Below, in pieces: positions 13,745-27,783 of a stretch of DNA of 64,000 bases. The notes beneath the pieces are model-generated. The model was not told the origin of the DNA, searched no databases, and saw nothing but the letters and a program-made list of their open reading frames with translations. A program made the position numbers and the translations under genes. The stretch comes from Octopus vulgaris (Eukaryota): contig OX597821.1 of assembly GCA_951406725.2 (NCBI GenBank), positions 35,402,001 through 35,466,000 of the forward strand, in the 5' to 3' direction. Positions within the stretch are counted from its first letter, which is position 1. Every line of letters starts with the position of its first letter.

Positions 13745-14431
13745 GCAGACGATAACCGTCATCTTTATAACACCATGAATAGCCATTTACTTAAGCTACA
13801 AACTAAACAAGACTTGTAAAATAAGGTCAGTTTCTCTTCATATTTCTATAACTTTTCTGTAGATAAAACATCAGCCTAGTTCAGGATTTGTTTTTCTTAA
13901 GTTTATTCGAAATCTTTATTTGAAATTAATCAGGTAAAAACTTCATTTCATGATATTTGAATATTAATTAATCGAAAAACATCACGATTCGTCATTGTTG
14001 GCGTTATCCCCATTTGCTCTTATCTTTGTGTCTCTAGTTTAAATTGTTTCCGGTTCAAAAACTACTTTTATACATTTAATGAACATTTTAAAATTAATTG
14101 TAAATATTTCTATCGGCAATATGTATGAATCCACTATATGCTGTCTGCTTAATGAAAATTGAAAACTAATTGAAAAAGACGTTGACGCAAATTCTAATGC
14201 TAAATGTTAGTCTTTTTCTTAGAATTAGCTTATTATAACAGAAATAGTAATTATTTTTTAAAGAGCTGACTGACACGCAACAACGTCTTAATCGGCAATG
14301 CTGTTTCTAAATCCTTTCAGAAATTAATGATAAATAGATTAGAAGAACAGTTAGAAGAAGCTGATGAGACATGTAATAAACAAGAGAAAGAAATTCAGAA
14401 ACTCCTAGAGTGAATCAAACAAACGATCATG
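13745..14431 (+). pseudogene. Possible decayed exons of a coiled-coil protein gene (13745-13825, ~14110-14205, 14264-14431)
   Basis: AG/GT-bounded segments read ADDNRHLYNTMNSHLLKLQTKQDL*NK, NMYESTICCLLNEN*KLIEKDVDANSNAK and ..QKLMINRLEEQLEEADETCNKQEKEIQKLLE*IKQTIM, with stops and one frameshift. The middle segment has no clear acceptor. Confidence 0.4.
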
Positions 14432-16015
14432 GTAAATACAAAGCTGCTAATGATCACTCTTAAATAGTTGCTGATTTTGTAAAACATTTTTCATGAACTA
14501 GTTTTCTTGGCTTGGGACTATATAACAAAGCGAAAGAATCCTCTATGATAGATCAGAGCTATAGTTAATTATGTTCCATCCCTTCATATTCCATGAATTC
14601 CATATTTCTACGGGTATATATGATGACTATATTATCTAATGTATTCTTACTAACGTTACAATTGTAAGGGTCAAGTGCAGTTCGAATAATATTTCTAGCC
14701 AGTCGGAGGGTCACGCACATTTCACCCATAGTGATAGTTTCGAGTAAGTTACTGACTTTCTTTAACTCTAGATCAAACCTGATGAAGCAGGCGTATGATA
14801 AAAGGATTCCAGTCATGAATATATTATTTAGTTGTATAAATGGCTACACTTTGTAAATTGCTATATACGATACGGCAGCATGCTTTGTGAGGGTAACTTA
14901 AATACGTTTTGCAGCAGGTCGTTTAATTATATTGTGGCTAGATAATTATGTATTTGAATGTAGTTATGATTCGGAGTTAGTCAACGGTTTAGAATAAGGT
15001 ACAACATTCTTAATAGAAATATTTGTCATTGAGCACACACAAATTTTGCAAACAGCTCATTCAAGCTCCACTTCTCTCTCATAATATTTGTTACCGAGTA
15101 AGTTAATGCATGCCCCATTGTTTCTTATACATCTTCTTTCACGATAGCTTTAATCCATTACGGCGGGACACCATCACCTACCTCAGTGGCTACCGAATCA
15201 ATCAACTTGCAAATTATTGCGATCTACCCATTTTTCACTGATAAAAGAAAATCAATTTTGATAAGTAAGCTGGTGTTAGGTATTGTTTTCTGAAAAATAT
15301 AAGTGAAGGATATAGCTCGATTCCATCAAAGTCATTTTAGGTCAAAAGGCTTTTACTATGTACACAAATATAAATAGTTCTATAAAACAAACACCGTTGA
15401 AGAAACAAGCTAACGGTTTTGTTTAATCTGGTTTATGAACAATAATACAACCAAATATTTAAACTATAATGTTTTACCTAAAGATAAAACTAAATTCAAT
15501 ATATTTATTTGTTGATTTAACTTTTTCAATTTATCTAAATCAACTGAAGAGAATTCGACATACCTGATGAATAATCTCCATGCAATGGAACTATCTTCCA
15601 CTCACTTACATTTTACTATCAACTATGCAGACTTTCTCATATCGCATTTCAACCGCGTGGATTTACAGTCAAAGTTATAATGATAATAAAAATTTTGAGT
15701 ACAGAATTATACGACAAAATTTTTATATAGATGAATAATATTATACATTCTCAAGGTTTCTAAATTTTATAGGTTTATCGGAAAATTTTTTAGTCATATA
15801 TTACGTTTTAGCAAACTGAAATGGGAGAATATAATTAAGTTTATCTAATTAAAAACTGAAACCGTTATCTCCATGGTTGATATGCTGAAAATTGCACTAA
15901 ATATTCAATTTTAATTAAATAGTGGATAATCTGGAACGCATCATTTCTGTATAATGTTGTGCTTTATTTACATGTGCATTCTATCGTGAGATTCAATTTA
16001 CACTTACGCACACGT

Positions 16016-16096
16016 TATGTATGTATGTATGTATGTATGTATGTATGTATGTATGTATGTATGTATGTATGTATGTATGTATGTATGTATGTATGT
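16016..16096. repeat. (TATG)n microsatellite
   Basis: Directly visible. Confidence 0.95.
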
Positions 16097-16896
16097 GGAT
16101 GTACGTGTGTTAATATACGTATGGCATCTCTTTCGAATATTTTCCAACAAATCCTGTAAATGCAGGAAGGAAGATAAGAGTTTGAATAGTCCTATTCCTG
16201 AATTTGAAAAATTCTAAGGATTCTAGAAGTAATTTGTTCCGATGTATTACACCAAAGAATAAATCAGCGCTAAAATTGGTGCAGCCAACTCAATCCCAAA
16301 CTCTGCTACGAAATGAGAAATTTTCAGATTTTGAAAATACGAGAAGTTAAAGCAATGCTGCACATAAATAATTTAGGAAAGGAACAGTGAAGAAAACTTC
16401 TCCAAAACAGTGTTTATTGCTTCCGTTCTGTAGCAATATCTGCATGAATAAAAAAGAAAGAAAAATCAACAAAAATCGAATAGTGGGATGACGAAACTTT
16501 TACGCGTATTCCTACGAATATATGACTAAAATTGTTTCTAGATTTTGAAATTTATTTCTTTAATATTTATTTTCACCATCATTATATACGCGTCTTCTTA
16601 GCTTTCAGAATAGACTCGAAAGGTCATTCACAGAATAGTAAATATTGACATAAGTCCTTTATATTTCCCTAAAATTTTGGAAAATTATACTGAATAGCGG
16701 ACAAGTAGTCTTTTATTTATATTGTTTCGGTAATTTATTTCATCTCAGTTTTCTTCGTCTTGTCACTGAGACAAATTATTGATATTCAGTTTTTGTATTT
16801 GAAAAAAAAAAAAAAGTAAAATAAGTGGAAGTCGAACCGGCACTAAAAGAGAAAGACCTTCCTCAGACACAAATTATTGACATTACCCCGTCTGAG

Positions 16897-17375
16897 AGGC
16901 AGTGAGTTGACAGAATCGTTAGCATGCCGGGTGAAATGCTCAACGGTATTTCGTCTGCCGTTACGTTCTGAGTTCAAATACAGCCGAGGTCGACTTTGCC
17001 TTTCATCATTTCGGGGTCGATAAATTAAGTACCAGTTACGCACTGGGGTCGATGTAATCGACTTAATACCTATGTCTGTCCTTGTTTGTCCCCTCTGTGT
17101 TTAGCCCCTTGTGGGTAATAAAGAAATAGGTATTTCGTCTGCCGTTACGTTCTGAGTTCAAATACAGCCGAGGTCGACTTTGCCTTTCATCATTTCGGGG
17201 TCGATAAATTAAGTACCAGTTACGCACTGGGTCGATATAATCGACTTAATCCGTTTGTCTGTCCTTACTTGTACTCTCTGTGTTTATCCCTTTGTGGGTA
17301 GTAAAGAAATAGGTATTTCGTCTGCCGCTACGTTCTGAGCTCAAATTCCGCCGAGGACGACTTTGCCTTTCACCC
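16897..17375 (+). mobile_element. SINE family B, tandem multimer (head plus units starting at 16945, 17129, 17312)
   Basis: 184/183-bp periodicity; each unit restarts at GGTATTTCGTCTGCCG; the third unit is partial. Confidence 0.9.
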
Positions 17376-17840
17376 TCCCCTAATTCCTCCCCTAAGATGT
17401 GTCATAAAACGTTTTGTGTAATAAATTAGTTAAACACTAAAATATATTATTTGGTTTGTGTTAGTTTCTTAATGCACTACTATATTTTGGTAAAAAAATG
17501 AAGTCGTATTTAACAAAAATCTTTACGTGAATGAAAATGATAGAAAATTTCTGTGGGCGTTACCGAAACCAATGCCATCAAAGTAATGTAAATATTTTCG
17601 AAAATTATCCTCCTGTGCTAGCAATAAACTGATAAAAGCAGCTGTCTAACCCTATTACTTACGGACAAACAATACAATTGTACTTATTAAGAGAATACGA
17701 ATTAGAACAAAAAATCTTGTGATGGGAAAAAAACTGATTGTAGCTTTGACGTCATCATTCCTATTTAAGTCTAACTGAAGGAAAAAGGCAAATTCAACTG
17801 AAGTTATTTTCAAAATTGTCCCTCTGATGACTGTATACAC

Positions 17841-18148
17841 CAGGGGATCTCAACCGGGGTCCATATAAGATTTTTGGGGTCCACGAATGCAATATTGTAC
17901 ATTGGAGGTCCGCAGTAATTTTTCAGGAGCATGAAAAAATCTGCTTCATATCAGTAAAGTTTATCTGCAATAAACTGGTTATGCGTTGGCAATACACAAA
18001 ATATTTAACAGATTTTATACAAATCCTAATTAAATTTAATCATAAAAAATGCTATAGGATATTTTAAACAATGAATCGCTAGGGGGGTCTACTTAAGTAC
18101 AAAAGGAATGGAAGTGGTCTATAGGTAAAAAATGGTTCTGAACCCCTG
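17841..18148. mobile_element. hAT-type MITE
   Basis: Imperfect TIRs CAGGGGATCTCAACC / GGTTCTGAACCCCTG; flanks GTATACAC / GTACAC are compatible with a decayed 8-bp TSD. Confidence 0.75.
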
Positions 18149-18323
18149 GTACACTTTGCTAAATTTGTTGCACCGAAAAAATAGTAATTATAACTACGTA
18201 ACAAGGCATCTAAAATGTTATATTTTACATGTAGATTTAGTAGAACAAAATTATGCTATAGAAATTTAATATTTAAGATTTAAAAGGAAAGTATTTATCA
18301 GTTAACTTACAACTGTAGAAATA

Positions 18324-18708
18324 TGGAAGCACTCCGTCGGTCACGACGATGAGGGTTCCGGTTGATCCGAATCAACGGAACAGCCTGCTCGTGAAATTAA
18401 CGTGTAAGTGGCTGAGCACTCCACAGACACGTGCACCCTTAACGTAGTTCTCGGGGATATTCAGCGTGACACAGAGAGTGAAAAGGCCGGCCCCTTGAAA
18501 TACAGGTACAACAGAAACAGGAAGTAAGAGTGAGAGAAAGTTGTGGTGAAAGAGTACAGCAGGGATCACCACCATCCCTTGCCGGAACCTCGTGGAGCTT
18601 TTAGGTGTTTTCGCTCAATAAACACTCACAACGCCCGGTCTGGGAATCGAAACCGCGATCCTATGACCGTGAGTTCGCTGCCCTAACCACTGGGCCATTG
18701 CGCCTCCA
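18324..18708 (-). mobile_element. tRNA-derived SINE family C, full length, with 15-bp TSD
   Basis: Minus head GGAGGCGCAATGGCCCAGTGGTTAGGG...GGTTTCGATTCCC; direct repeat ACAACTGTAGAAATA at 18309-18323 and 18708-18722. Confidence 0.92.
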
Positions 18709-20830
18709 CAACTGTAGAAATAGAGTCTTACTAAACATCTGTTACAATTATATTGCAGCTTTCTTTATATATGTGAACATGTGTATTCTGGGAGAATGTT
18801 TTTTGACAAAAAATATTTCTATATACGAAGGACGAACAGGGAGATTCGATTCTCAATGATGGGGTTTCAAGTGTGAACGCACTGTGTGGCATCTTGAACG
18901 AACGTCTCTTGCTTTAAAACTTGAGTGGAACACAACACTGTGGTGAAATGGAGCTCACGGGAAAGTTGTATATGTTCGTTGGCTGGATTGTAACTATAAT
19001 TCTACTCCACAACCATGTATACGTTAATTCATCGAAAGAGGGGCTTAGTTGATCAACTGAATGATCATCTTCGAAATCGACAGGGATCGATTCTCTTATA
19101 GACGTTTTGTTAAATCTAAGAAATGAGTGAAGCAATACCTGATTCATAAACATTTGAAGTTTACATCCTTGCAGGATGTAGATCCTTAAATGAGACTATT
19201 TTTAAGTGTTTATTTTCGTCCTGCTTTCTACTATGTAAAGCAAATAGCAACAATCAAAAAATGAGCTTCGCACTTTTGTAAGAGGCCACATGGTTACATG
19301 AGTCTACTGTTATCACTTTGAACGTTCATAGTATTCGAATGAAATCAAACCTGGGGTATCCTGATTTTGAAGAAAACCTACCTATTACGGTTGTATACAG
19401 AGGAATATTCGTTGGCCAAAACATCCAGCTAGAGAAAATACTCCCGTGTACATATATTCTAATACTTATTCTCTTGAATGTAGATGACATAGAACCAAAG
19501 CAAAAAAGTCGTTTAACCGTCTTTCATATCATACATGTTGGACTTTAACAGAATCTTTTTAAAACGGAATATTTACAAGTGCTTGTCCTCGGGGATGACT
19601 TTATCATTAATATGACACACAACATTTCTCATTACAATGCACCGAGTAAACTGACACGATTCCCAATTATTTTGTAAAATGTCAACAGAAATGTAATTTT
19701 TAGTTTATCTACATTTTCCTTTTATAAGAAGCCAGGTTAATATGCAATTACGTCTTGCAATCTTAACATCTTTGTAATGTTACTTGCATTAACATTTATA
19801 CAGAATATCGTTCTCACAAACTCTTGATCTTTTATACCACTCTTTGTTTCTCTTCAATTTGTTCTAATTTTAGTGGATTATAATTATCTCTCTAATAAAT
19901 TCATTTAGGAACTCCTCTAATCAAATCCCCTGGGTGTTGTAGTTTGATCCAACCTTTGCCCAGAGGAAAGATTTTGAGCATTTTGAAGCTGAACCTACAG
20001 CATATTTTGTTGCACATCTCTTACCTCCCATATTTACAGTCATTAGTTAATACTTTCGAAGTGAATAGTATGCCCTGGCCAATGGTTATGTTGGTTAACT
20101 AATAATCTTACATCATATCACGATAAGTTTATGTTATCCAGTTATTATCCACCGCAGTATATTTGTCTGTATGCATCCTGATTCTTCATCTTCATTATTT
20201 TTAATCTTCCGATAATATTTTTGAGCGCCTTCACCAAAGTTATTTTTGCCCTTTAGAAGAAAACGTTTATTATAAAGCATACATTTTAACTTGTTTTTTT
20301 TTTCTCCAATAACTAAAGAAATTGAAGTGTCTTCAGAAAATCATTGAATTATTTCCGATTCAAGAAACAAATTTCTATGTTTTAAGTGGAAAATTTGATT
20401 CCGTGACGCTACAAGTATATATTTGATATACATAAATAATGCTATTTATTTAGCCTGCAGAGAGTGGATGTCTAAATTAAAATATATAAATAGGGGAAAA
20501 CAAACTGACAAGGTGAAGTGTAGAAATATCTAAACCTAATTAGCGATTCAATTGCAAGATATTCAGTCAAGAAAAAGCAGACATTTAAAATGACGAATAA
20601 ATATAACAGATGAATATAAAAAGAGATATATTATTTAATGCAATTGCGTTTAGAAAGAATGTTTAAATGCTCATTAATTGCATAATATTTAAAGAAAACT
20701 TTAAAAGTAGCAGTAGAGTTCAAATACCGTTTGTAATAAATATCAATAATAATGGTTGACACCAGATAATAGATGACAATTTAATATCAGATGCAAAGTA
20801 TAAATATTTAGTAATGATAACTGGCTATCT

Positions 20831-21038
20831 TATTTCTTTATTGCCCACAAGGGGCTAAACATAGAGGGGACAAACAAGGACAGACAAAGGAAATAAGTTG
20901 ATTACATCGACACCAGTGTGTAACTGGCACTTAATTTATGACCCCGAAAGGATGAAAAGCAAATTTGAACTGAGAACGTAAACACAAAAGAAATACCAAT
21001 AAGCATTTCGCCCGGCGCGCTAACGTTTCTGCCAGCTT
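20831..21038 (-). mobile_element. SINE family B monomer, internally deleted
   Basis: Colinear with 8920-9154. Confidence 0.85.
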
Positions 21039-21396
21039 GAACTGGCGATCTGTTGTTTGTGGATTCGTCTTAATGCAAAACTATGCATATCTTGCAGAAA
21101 AATCTCTTTCCATATTTAAGGCGTCCATTTTGCACAAATATGCATAATGGCGATTGAGAAAAATTCTTGGAATTTTTTTCTTTGCTTGCCTTGACTGCAT
21201 TCCATGGTCTTTAGACACTGAGGCCGCTAATTCTGAGAACAGAACCTACATTCAGTACATTTTGATACAATCTCTTAACTACTGATAGTATCAAAATTTC
21301 TACAATGTGCGTCATTGGCAGTATATTATATATCATTGTGTGGTGCTTATTCACATATAAGTTGAAGGGGTGGAGGAGAAAAGCTTGGATAATGGA

Positions 21397-21692
21397 CATC
21401 GGGTACGACGAAGAGGGTTCCATTTGATTCGATCAACGGAACAGCCTGCTCGTTAAATCAACGTGCAAGAGGTTGAGCACACCACCGACAGGCGTACCGT
21501 TAACGTAGTTCTCAAGGATATTCAGCATGGCACAGAATGTTACAAGGTACTGCTCATTTTTGCCAGCTGAGTCGACTGGAGCAACGTGAAATAAATTGTC
21601 TTGCTCAAGGACACAATGCACCGCTGTGAATCGAACTCTTGACCTTAAAATCGCGAGCTAATTGCCCTAAGCACTTAGCCACGTGCCTTCAC
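21397..21692 (-). mobile_element. SINE with family C tail but a different head/CORE-like body
   Basis: 21397-21548 matches 18334-18488; 21550-21692 is a different tRNA-like head plus TGTGTCCTTGAGCAAGAC domain. Confidence 0.8.
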
Positions 21693-22330
21693 ACAGCAAA
21701 ACTAACGCTAGACAAAGTAGACATGTTAAAGCTTCTTACTGTGCTCTATCAAGCTGGTGTCTTCTGCATCATTTCTCTCTCCGCCCAGATAACTAGTAAG
21801 TCATGACGATCAGCGTGCTATATATATATATATTAAGTAAGAAGTCACAAAAGCGTAAACATTGATTGTATGCGACTCCAGGATATTCACATCAGGAGGA
21901 AAAATCTTTACGCAAGCAGAAGACCGACATGGTGATCTAATAAACACTTAGTTTCAATTTGCTACAGTCCACTCAGATATAAATGGGTAACCTTGTGACG
22001 GATTGGCGTACAAGACAATTACTCAAATCAAGATCTCAGGAGCTATGTCTTGTATTCGACGATGGGGAAGATGAATAGTATAAACCGTACTGCGAATACC
22101 GACTGGATGGGAATGGTTGTTCAATAACGTAGAAGGAAGAATGAGTGAATGAATAGTAATCAGATAGTCAAATTAGATTGATCAAATAAGATTTACCCGT
22201 ATAAAAGTAAAACTTCTATGACGTCGGCTTATCTTATTCTCGTATGGAAACGAGATAGAGAGTTGCCCAGCATTTCCAGTACTGGACGAGTACTTTATTT
22301 GTTTTTAATTTCAACAAGATATTCAAAATA

Positions 22331-22501
22331 GGCGTAGGAGTGGTTGAGTGGTAAGTAGCTTGCTTACCAACCACATGGTTCCGGGTTCAGTCCCACTGCG
22401 TGGCACCTTGGGCAAGTGTCTTCTACTATAGCCTCGAGCCGACCAAAGCCTTGTGAGTGGATTTGGTAGACGGAAACTGAAAGAGGCCCATCGTATATAT
22501 G

Positions 22502-22532
<31 letters not shown>

Positions 22533-22743
22533 ATTTGTGTGTCTGTGTTTGTCCACCCAACATCACTTGACAACTGATGCTGGTGTGTTTACGTCCCCGT
22601 AACTTAGCGGTTCGGCAAAGAAAGCCGATAGAATAAGTACTAGGCTTACAAAGAATAAGTCCTGGGGTCGATTTACTCGATTAAAGGCAGTACTCCAGCA
22701 TGGCCGCAGTCAAAATGACTGAAACAAGTAAAAGAGTAAAGAA
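22331..22743 (+). mobile_element. SINE family A, full length
   Basis: Colinear with the other copies. Confidence 0.92.
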
Positions 22744-23995
22744 TATCAACAAAAAAGAATTTTTCAACGTGTCGGATGTCACCAATTGTACTGTTTATCT
22801 GGAATTAAAAGTGAGATATTTTGTTAGGGATACTGTTCGATGTTGAGTATCAAGGCTATTGCGACTGAGTGGTGCAAACCTAATTGACACTGACACTGGC
22901 AATCTATATTGTTGAATATCCTTGTCAGTTATATTTGAATAAGATACGACATTTTGAACTGCATCGCTAATGTAAAAATCTTGATCTTTCTTCATCTCTT
23001 CAGTGATTAATACAATATTTCTTGCCATGTTATCTAGATTTTATAGAAGTGTGAAAAGAGTTCGTTGCGTATTACTTTCTTGACTAAGATATCATCCATC
23101 TCCTTCAGGTTTAGTACCAAGACACATCAAAGCAGATACATTTTAGGCAATTGTATCTGTACGCACAGTTCAAAGTTTCGCACATAGTTCGGTCCTAGGT
23201 GGGTGTTGTTTTTGTTTATAGAGCAAACGGAGAGAGAGAGAGAGAGAGAGAGAGAAGCAACCCTCTGTTGCTTGGAGTAACAGGTCGGTGAGATAAAAGA
23301 AATGATTTCTTTACTTTGTCACTAATTGTCAGATGAGCGCACAGAAGCACAGACGTGTCATTGTGCGTGTTGGCATGTGATTTTATGTTTGCGTGTAAGG
23401 TGTATGGAGGATGGACGTTTCATACGTGATTTTGTGTGGTGTGTGCCTGTGTATGAGTGTCTTTTTGTATCCCTATTGTATACACAGGTTAGTCTGTATG
23501 TTTGTGTATATGAGTGTGTGCGTGTGTTTGTTAGACTGAAGAACTTCTAAGAGTGCAATGTGAGTGAGTGTTCGTGTATTTGACATGAATACTTATTCAA
23601 TATGCATGGTTATTTTTTGTTGTGTGTATTTAGGTGTCAGTGATTTGTAGAGTTCTCGGTATATGTATGTGCAGCTGGACATACAAGCATGTCTGTCATA
23701 CTCTAATACGAATATTAGATATGTCTTGTGTTGTTATTTAATGATTCTATTTGTATGCTTAATCTGCACGTCTGGAGGGTAAGTATACTGGGAGAGATAT
23801 TTAGATAAAGATGTAATGTGAACTGAGGTCAGAAAATGTGTGTGGGGTGGAGTTGGGAGTGTAGTTTTGATCAGAAAAATGAAACGTTACCCTCTAAGGA
23901 TTTGCAGTTTGATTATGTAAGGCTAAACCAAACACTATGAAATATATACATATATACATGCATACATACATACACACACACACACACACATATAC

Positions 23996-24069
<74 letters not shown>

Positions 24070-24082
24070 TGAGGGAATATTG

Positions 24083-24301
24083 AAGGCGATGAGTTGGCAG
24101 AATTGTTTGCACGCATGTTAAAATGCTTACCAGTATTTCGTCTGTCTTTATGTTCTGAGTTCAAATTTCGCCGAGGTCGACTTTATCTTTCGTCCTTTTG
24201 GGGTCGATGAATTAAGTACCAGCTGTGTTCTGGGGACGATCTAATCGACTGGCCCCCACCTTTCCAATAATTTCGGGCCTTGTGCCTAGAGTAGAAAAGA
24301 A
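24083..24301 (+). mobile_element. SINE family B monomer with alternative tail, next to (TAA)n
   Basis: AAGGCGATGAGTTGGCAGAAT head, family B central domain, tail AATTTCGGGCCTTGTGCCTAGAGTAGAAAAG. Confidence 0.85.
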
Positions 24302-26212
24302 TATCAAATATAAAATAGACTTCCTATAGCGTAGAACTGCTGATTTGCATCCACATGATTATAGAATACCAGGGAAAAGAGAAATAATATATTTTCAGAA
24401 ATAATGGTTGGTGTGATGTTGGTGTTTTGACAGGGGTAAATCGTAAACGAGCAGTCATATAATCAAAACTTTATTGTAGCTGTAACCAGCCTGACATTTG
24501 TTTGGAGATATGTAGAACTACATTATGTAATGCGGCCTTTCCAAATTTAGAGCAATTGAATTCAGGAGAATTCAGCTGATGCTACTTGCAGGTTGTGTAT
24601 ACCCACTGGAGCTATCTCTCCCGACGCTGACGATGATAGTGATGAAGGAGAAGTAGTTGATGATGAAGTGGATTGAACAGACATATGATTAAAGTAGTTT
24701 CTGTTGTGAACATCCCATCGCTTTTCGAATCATCGACCACTATATCATTATTTCTTTTAAGTCATTAGAGTGTGACTTAGCGGGAGATTTTTCATAGTTC
24801 TTTATAGCAGTTTGAGTCAGAGATAATGCTAGAGAACATACTAAAGCAGCAGGTGCTGCTTTGTCTCTCAGTTAATGTAAAACAAATTATGTCGGTTTAT
24901 TTTATTATCGTCATCATACATAAACATTAATGCAAGCTGCCAGCGGTGGTATAAAACAATAATATATAAGAACGGTTTGACAGATTCCTAATTATTACTT
25001 TCGACATTCGCACTGATTCATTTGATAAAGCCAAGGACAAAAACGAAAAACAAAATTGTTTTTACTCATAAACTATCGAGTAATTCGTCACATATGCACG
25101 TTAAAGAATACACTACAGTTCTAGAATGAACTCGGCTTTCATATTAACAATGGAAGTGCTATTACTAAGTGATGCAACAGAATGACAAGTTTGTACGTGA
25201 GGAGCAATGAATCTTGAGAAGGAGGTAGGTGAAAGGGGGAGATGTTCACACTACCGCTTTTAATGCTTTCTGACAGAGCCTGAATTTACAGACTTTGATT
25301 TAACTATACTAAATACGTGACTAATCGTGCCACGAATAATAAATAGCTATGTAACGGTAGTATTAGTATTTATGAAATAAGATGTAGAATTATGCTGGTA
25401 GTGGTCGTGGTGATGGTTTTGGTTGTAGAGGTGTTTTCACTGGTGAAGATGTCTTAGCAATATTCTTAAATACTATCAACAACACCGACAAAAATTCGTA
25501 GAACCCGTCAACGAAGGATCTCATACGTGGTAGAACAGTTCCCACTAACCACTCTATGCCACATTAAAGAAGGACAATATGGCTAATGTAGTATCCATCA
25601 CCGGGGATGACCATATAGAGGTCGAAACCATATGGTCTAGTGGTCAGAGGGCTAAAGTAGTTGGGAATTCAATATATACCGATTGCAGTGTATACTGAAC
25701 AAGCAGCTGGAGAAGGTATTCTACTGGGCTTAAAATAGTAGTATCGCCGGTTACTGGGGAACATCAGTGTTTAGGTGACGTTAAACATTACTTCTCAGTC
25801 TCAATCTCTTATAGAAATTTTCTTAACAAGCTATTTTGATACATATACATAAATACATATATACATATGCACATACAGACATAACAATGTCAAAAACAAC
25901 TGAAAGTAATAGTAACATTTACAGCTGATATAGACATGGAATTCGGCCAAAAGAATTGTTCATATTTGGTTACAGAACGATGAAAGTCAGTACCCCAAAC
26001 CCCAGCACTGCATTAATCTAATTATTTTTGCTGCTGTTATTTTAACAAAAGCTACCTGAGCGATACAAGAAGGCATCATCGTCGTCGTCATCATAATCAT
26101 CGTCATCATCATCGACATCGTCATCGTCATCGTCATCATCATCATCATCATCATCATCATCAGCATTGTCATCATTATATTTGACTGTTTGAAGGATATA
26201 TATATATATATA

Positions 26213-26626
26213 TACTCTTTTACTCTTTTACTTGTTTCAGTCATTTGACTGCGGCCATGCTGGAGCACCACCTGTAGTCGAGCAAATCGACCCCGAGACT
26301 TATTCTTTGTAAGCCCATTACTTATTCTATCGGTCTCTTTTTGCCGAACCGCTAAGTTACGGGGACGTAGACACACCAGCATCGGTTGTCAAGCAATGCT
26401 AGGGGGACAAACACACACACACAAATACACACACATACACATATATACATATATATATACATATATACAACAGGCTTCTTTCAGTTTCCGTCTACCAAAT
26501 CCACTCACAAGGCTTTGGTCGGCCCGGGACTCTAGCAGAAGACACTTGCCCAAGATGCCACGCAGTGGGACTGAACCCGGAACCATATGGTTGGTTAGCA
26601 AGCTACTTACCACACAGCCACTCCTG
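26213..26626 (-). mobile_element. SINE family A, full length
   Basis: Reverse complement of family A. Confidence 0.92.
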
Positions 26627-26792
26627 TGTATATATTAATATATATACACACTCAAATAACTACTTGCTTTACATAAATTTTCTACAAAATAGAAGAATTA
26701 AAACCAACTTTTGTTCGAAAAGGTCTTAATATATGTCCTCCAAATATCAACAGTAGTAGGATACAGAAACGCGATCCTTCAAACCGTCAGTT

Positions 26793-26828
<36 letters not shown>

Positions 26829-26869
26829 GTGGTAGTGCTGATAATGATGGTGATGATGATGATAATAAA

Positions 26870-26923
<54 letters not shown>

Positions 26924-26927
<4 letters not shown>

Positions 26928-27244
26928 CAGTGATCGTAGGAGCACTAGGAATGATGAAGAAGGGAACCGAAAATTATATGAGAATGATCCCTGGCTTACC
27001 ATCCCTGCAAGAAGTGCAAAAGATTGTCTTAACTGGTACATCACACGTATTGAGAAGAGCATTGTCGATGTGAGAACTGTTGCTGCTCATGTATTTTAAT
27101 ATAACTTAAAAAAAAAAAAAAAAAAATGAACGAACTATTGAGTTTGGTTTAATGGCCTACCAATGTATACTATGAGTTTCTTTGCCCTAGGAGTCGGGAA
27201 GACACTCGGCAAGAAATGGAAGCAAATTTGAAAGAAGAAAAAAA

Positions 27245-27245
<1 letters not shown>
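26924..27245 (+). mobile_element. 5'-truncated R4/Dong-type non-LTR element in (TAA)n
   Basis: IPVIVGALGMMKKGTENYMRMIPGLPSLQEVQKIVLTGTSHVLRRALSM* is the C-terminus of restriction-like-endonuclease elements; (TAA)n lies on both sides. Confidence 0.85.
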
Positions 27246-27296
<51 letters not shown>

Positions 27297-27703
27297 TAAT
27301 AACAATAATAATAATAATGACAATGATCTGCAAATGGAAAAACAAAGTGGAACATGTGAAAAAAAATCGTCTGTCAGTCTCATTCTTCTTTTAACCAATA
27401 AGATATCAGTCAGATGTCTCCCTCGAGTTTTCAACTATCAACACGCGTTTAATACATTTTCTAGACGTGACATTGAAAGAGCATACAATATTTCCGGTGA
27501 AAAAGATACAAAATTGAATTGAAACTACGATCATATATCTATGCTAATGGCTCTAACAGCTAGCTATCAGACAGTTACAATAACTGTATGTTTTAGACAC
27601 ACTGCCTCATTATTAATGAAGATGGATATTTCAAACACTGGTAAACGAATGAAAATAATTTGAATGCTATTTAAACCCCAATTGCGAAGCTATATAAGGC
27701 GTG

Positions 27704-27783
<80 letters not shown>

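Noticed and set aside
14565-15240. 83-aa minus ORF (LETITMGEMC, vaguely FKBP-like) and a 56-nt AG/GT-bounded minus segment near 15182-15237
   Set aside because: No convincing domain match; the small segment has stops in all three frames.
24563-24677. Short acidic frame ending DDDSDEGEVVDDEVD*
   Set aside because: Explained by degenerate GAT repeats; upstream in-frame stop.
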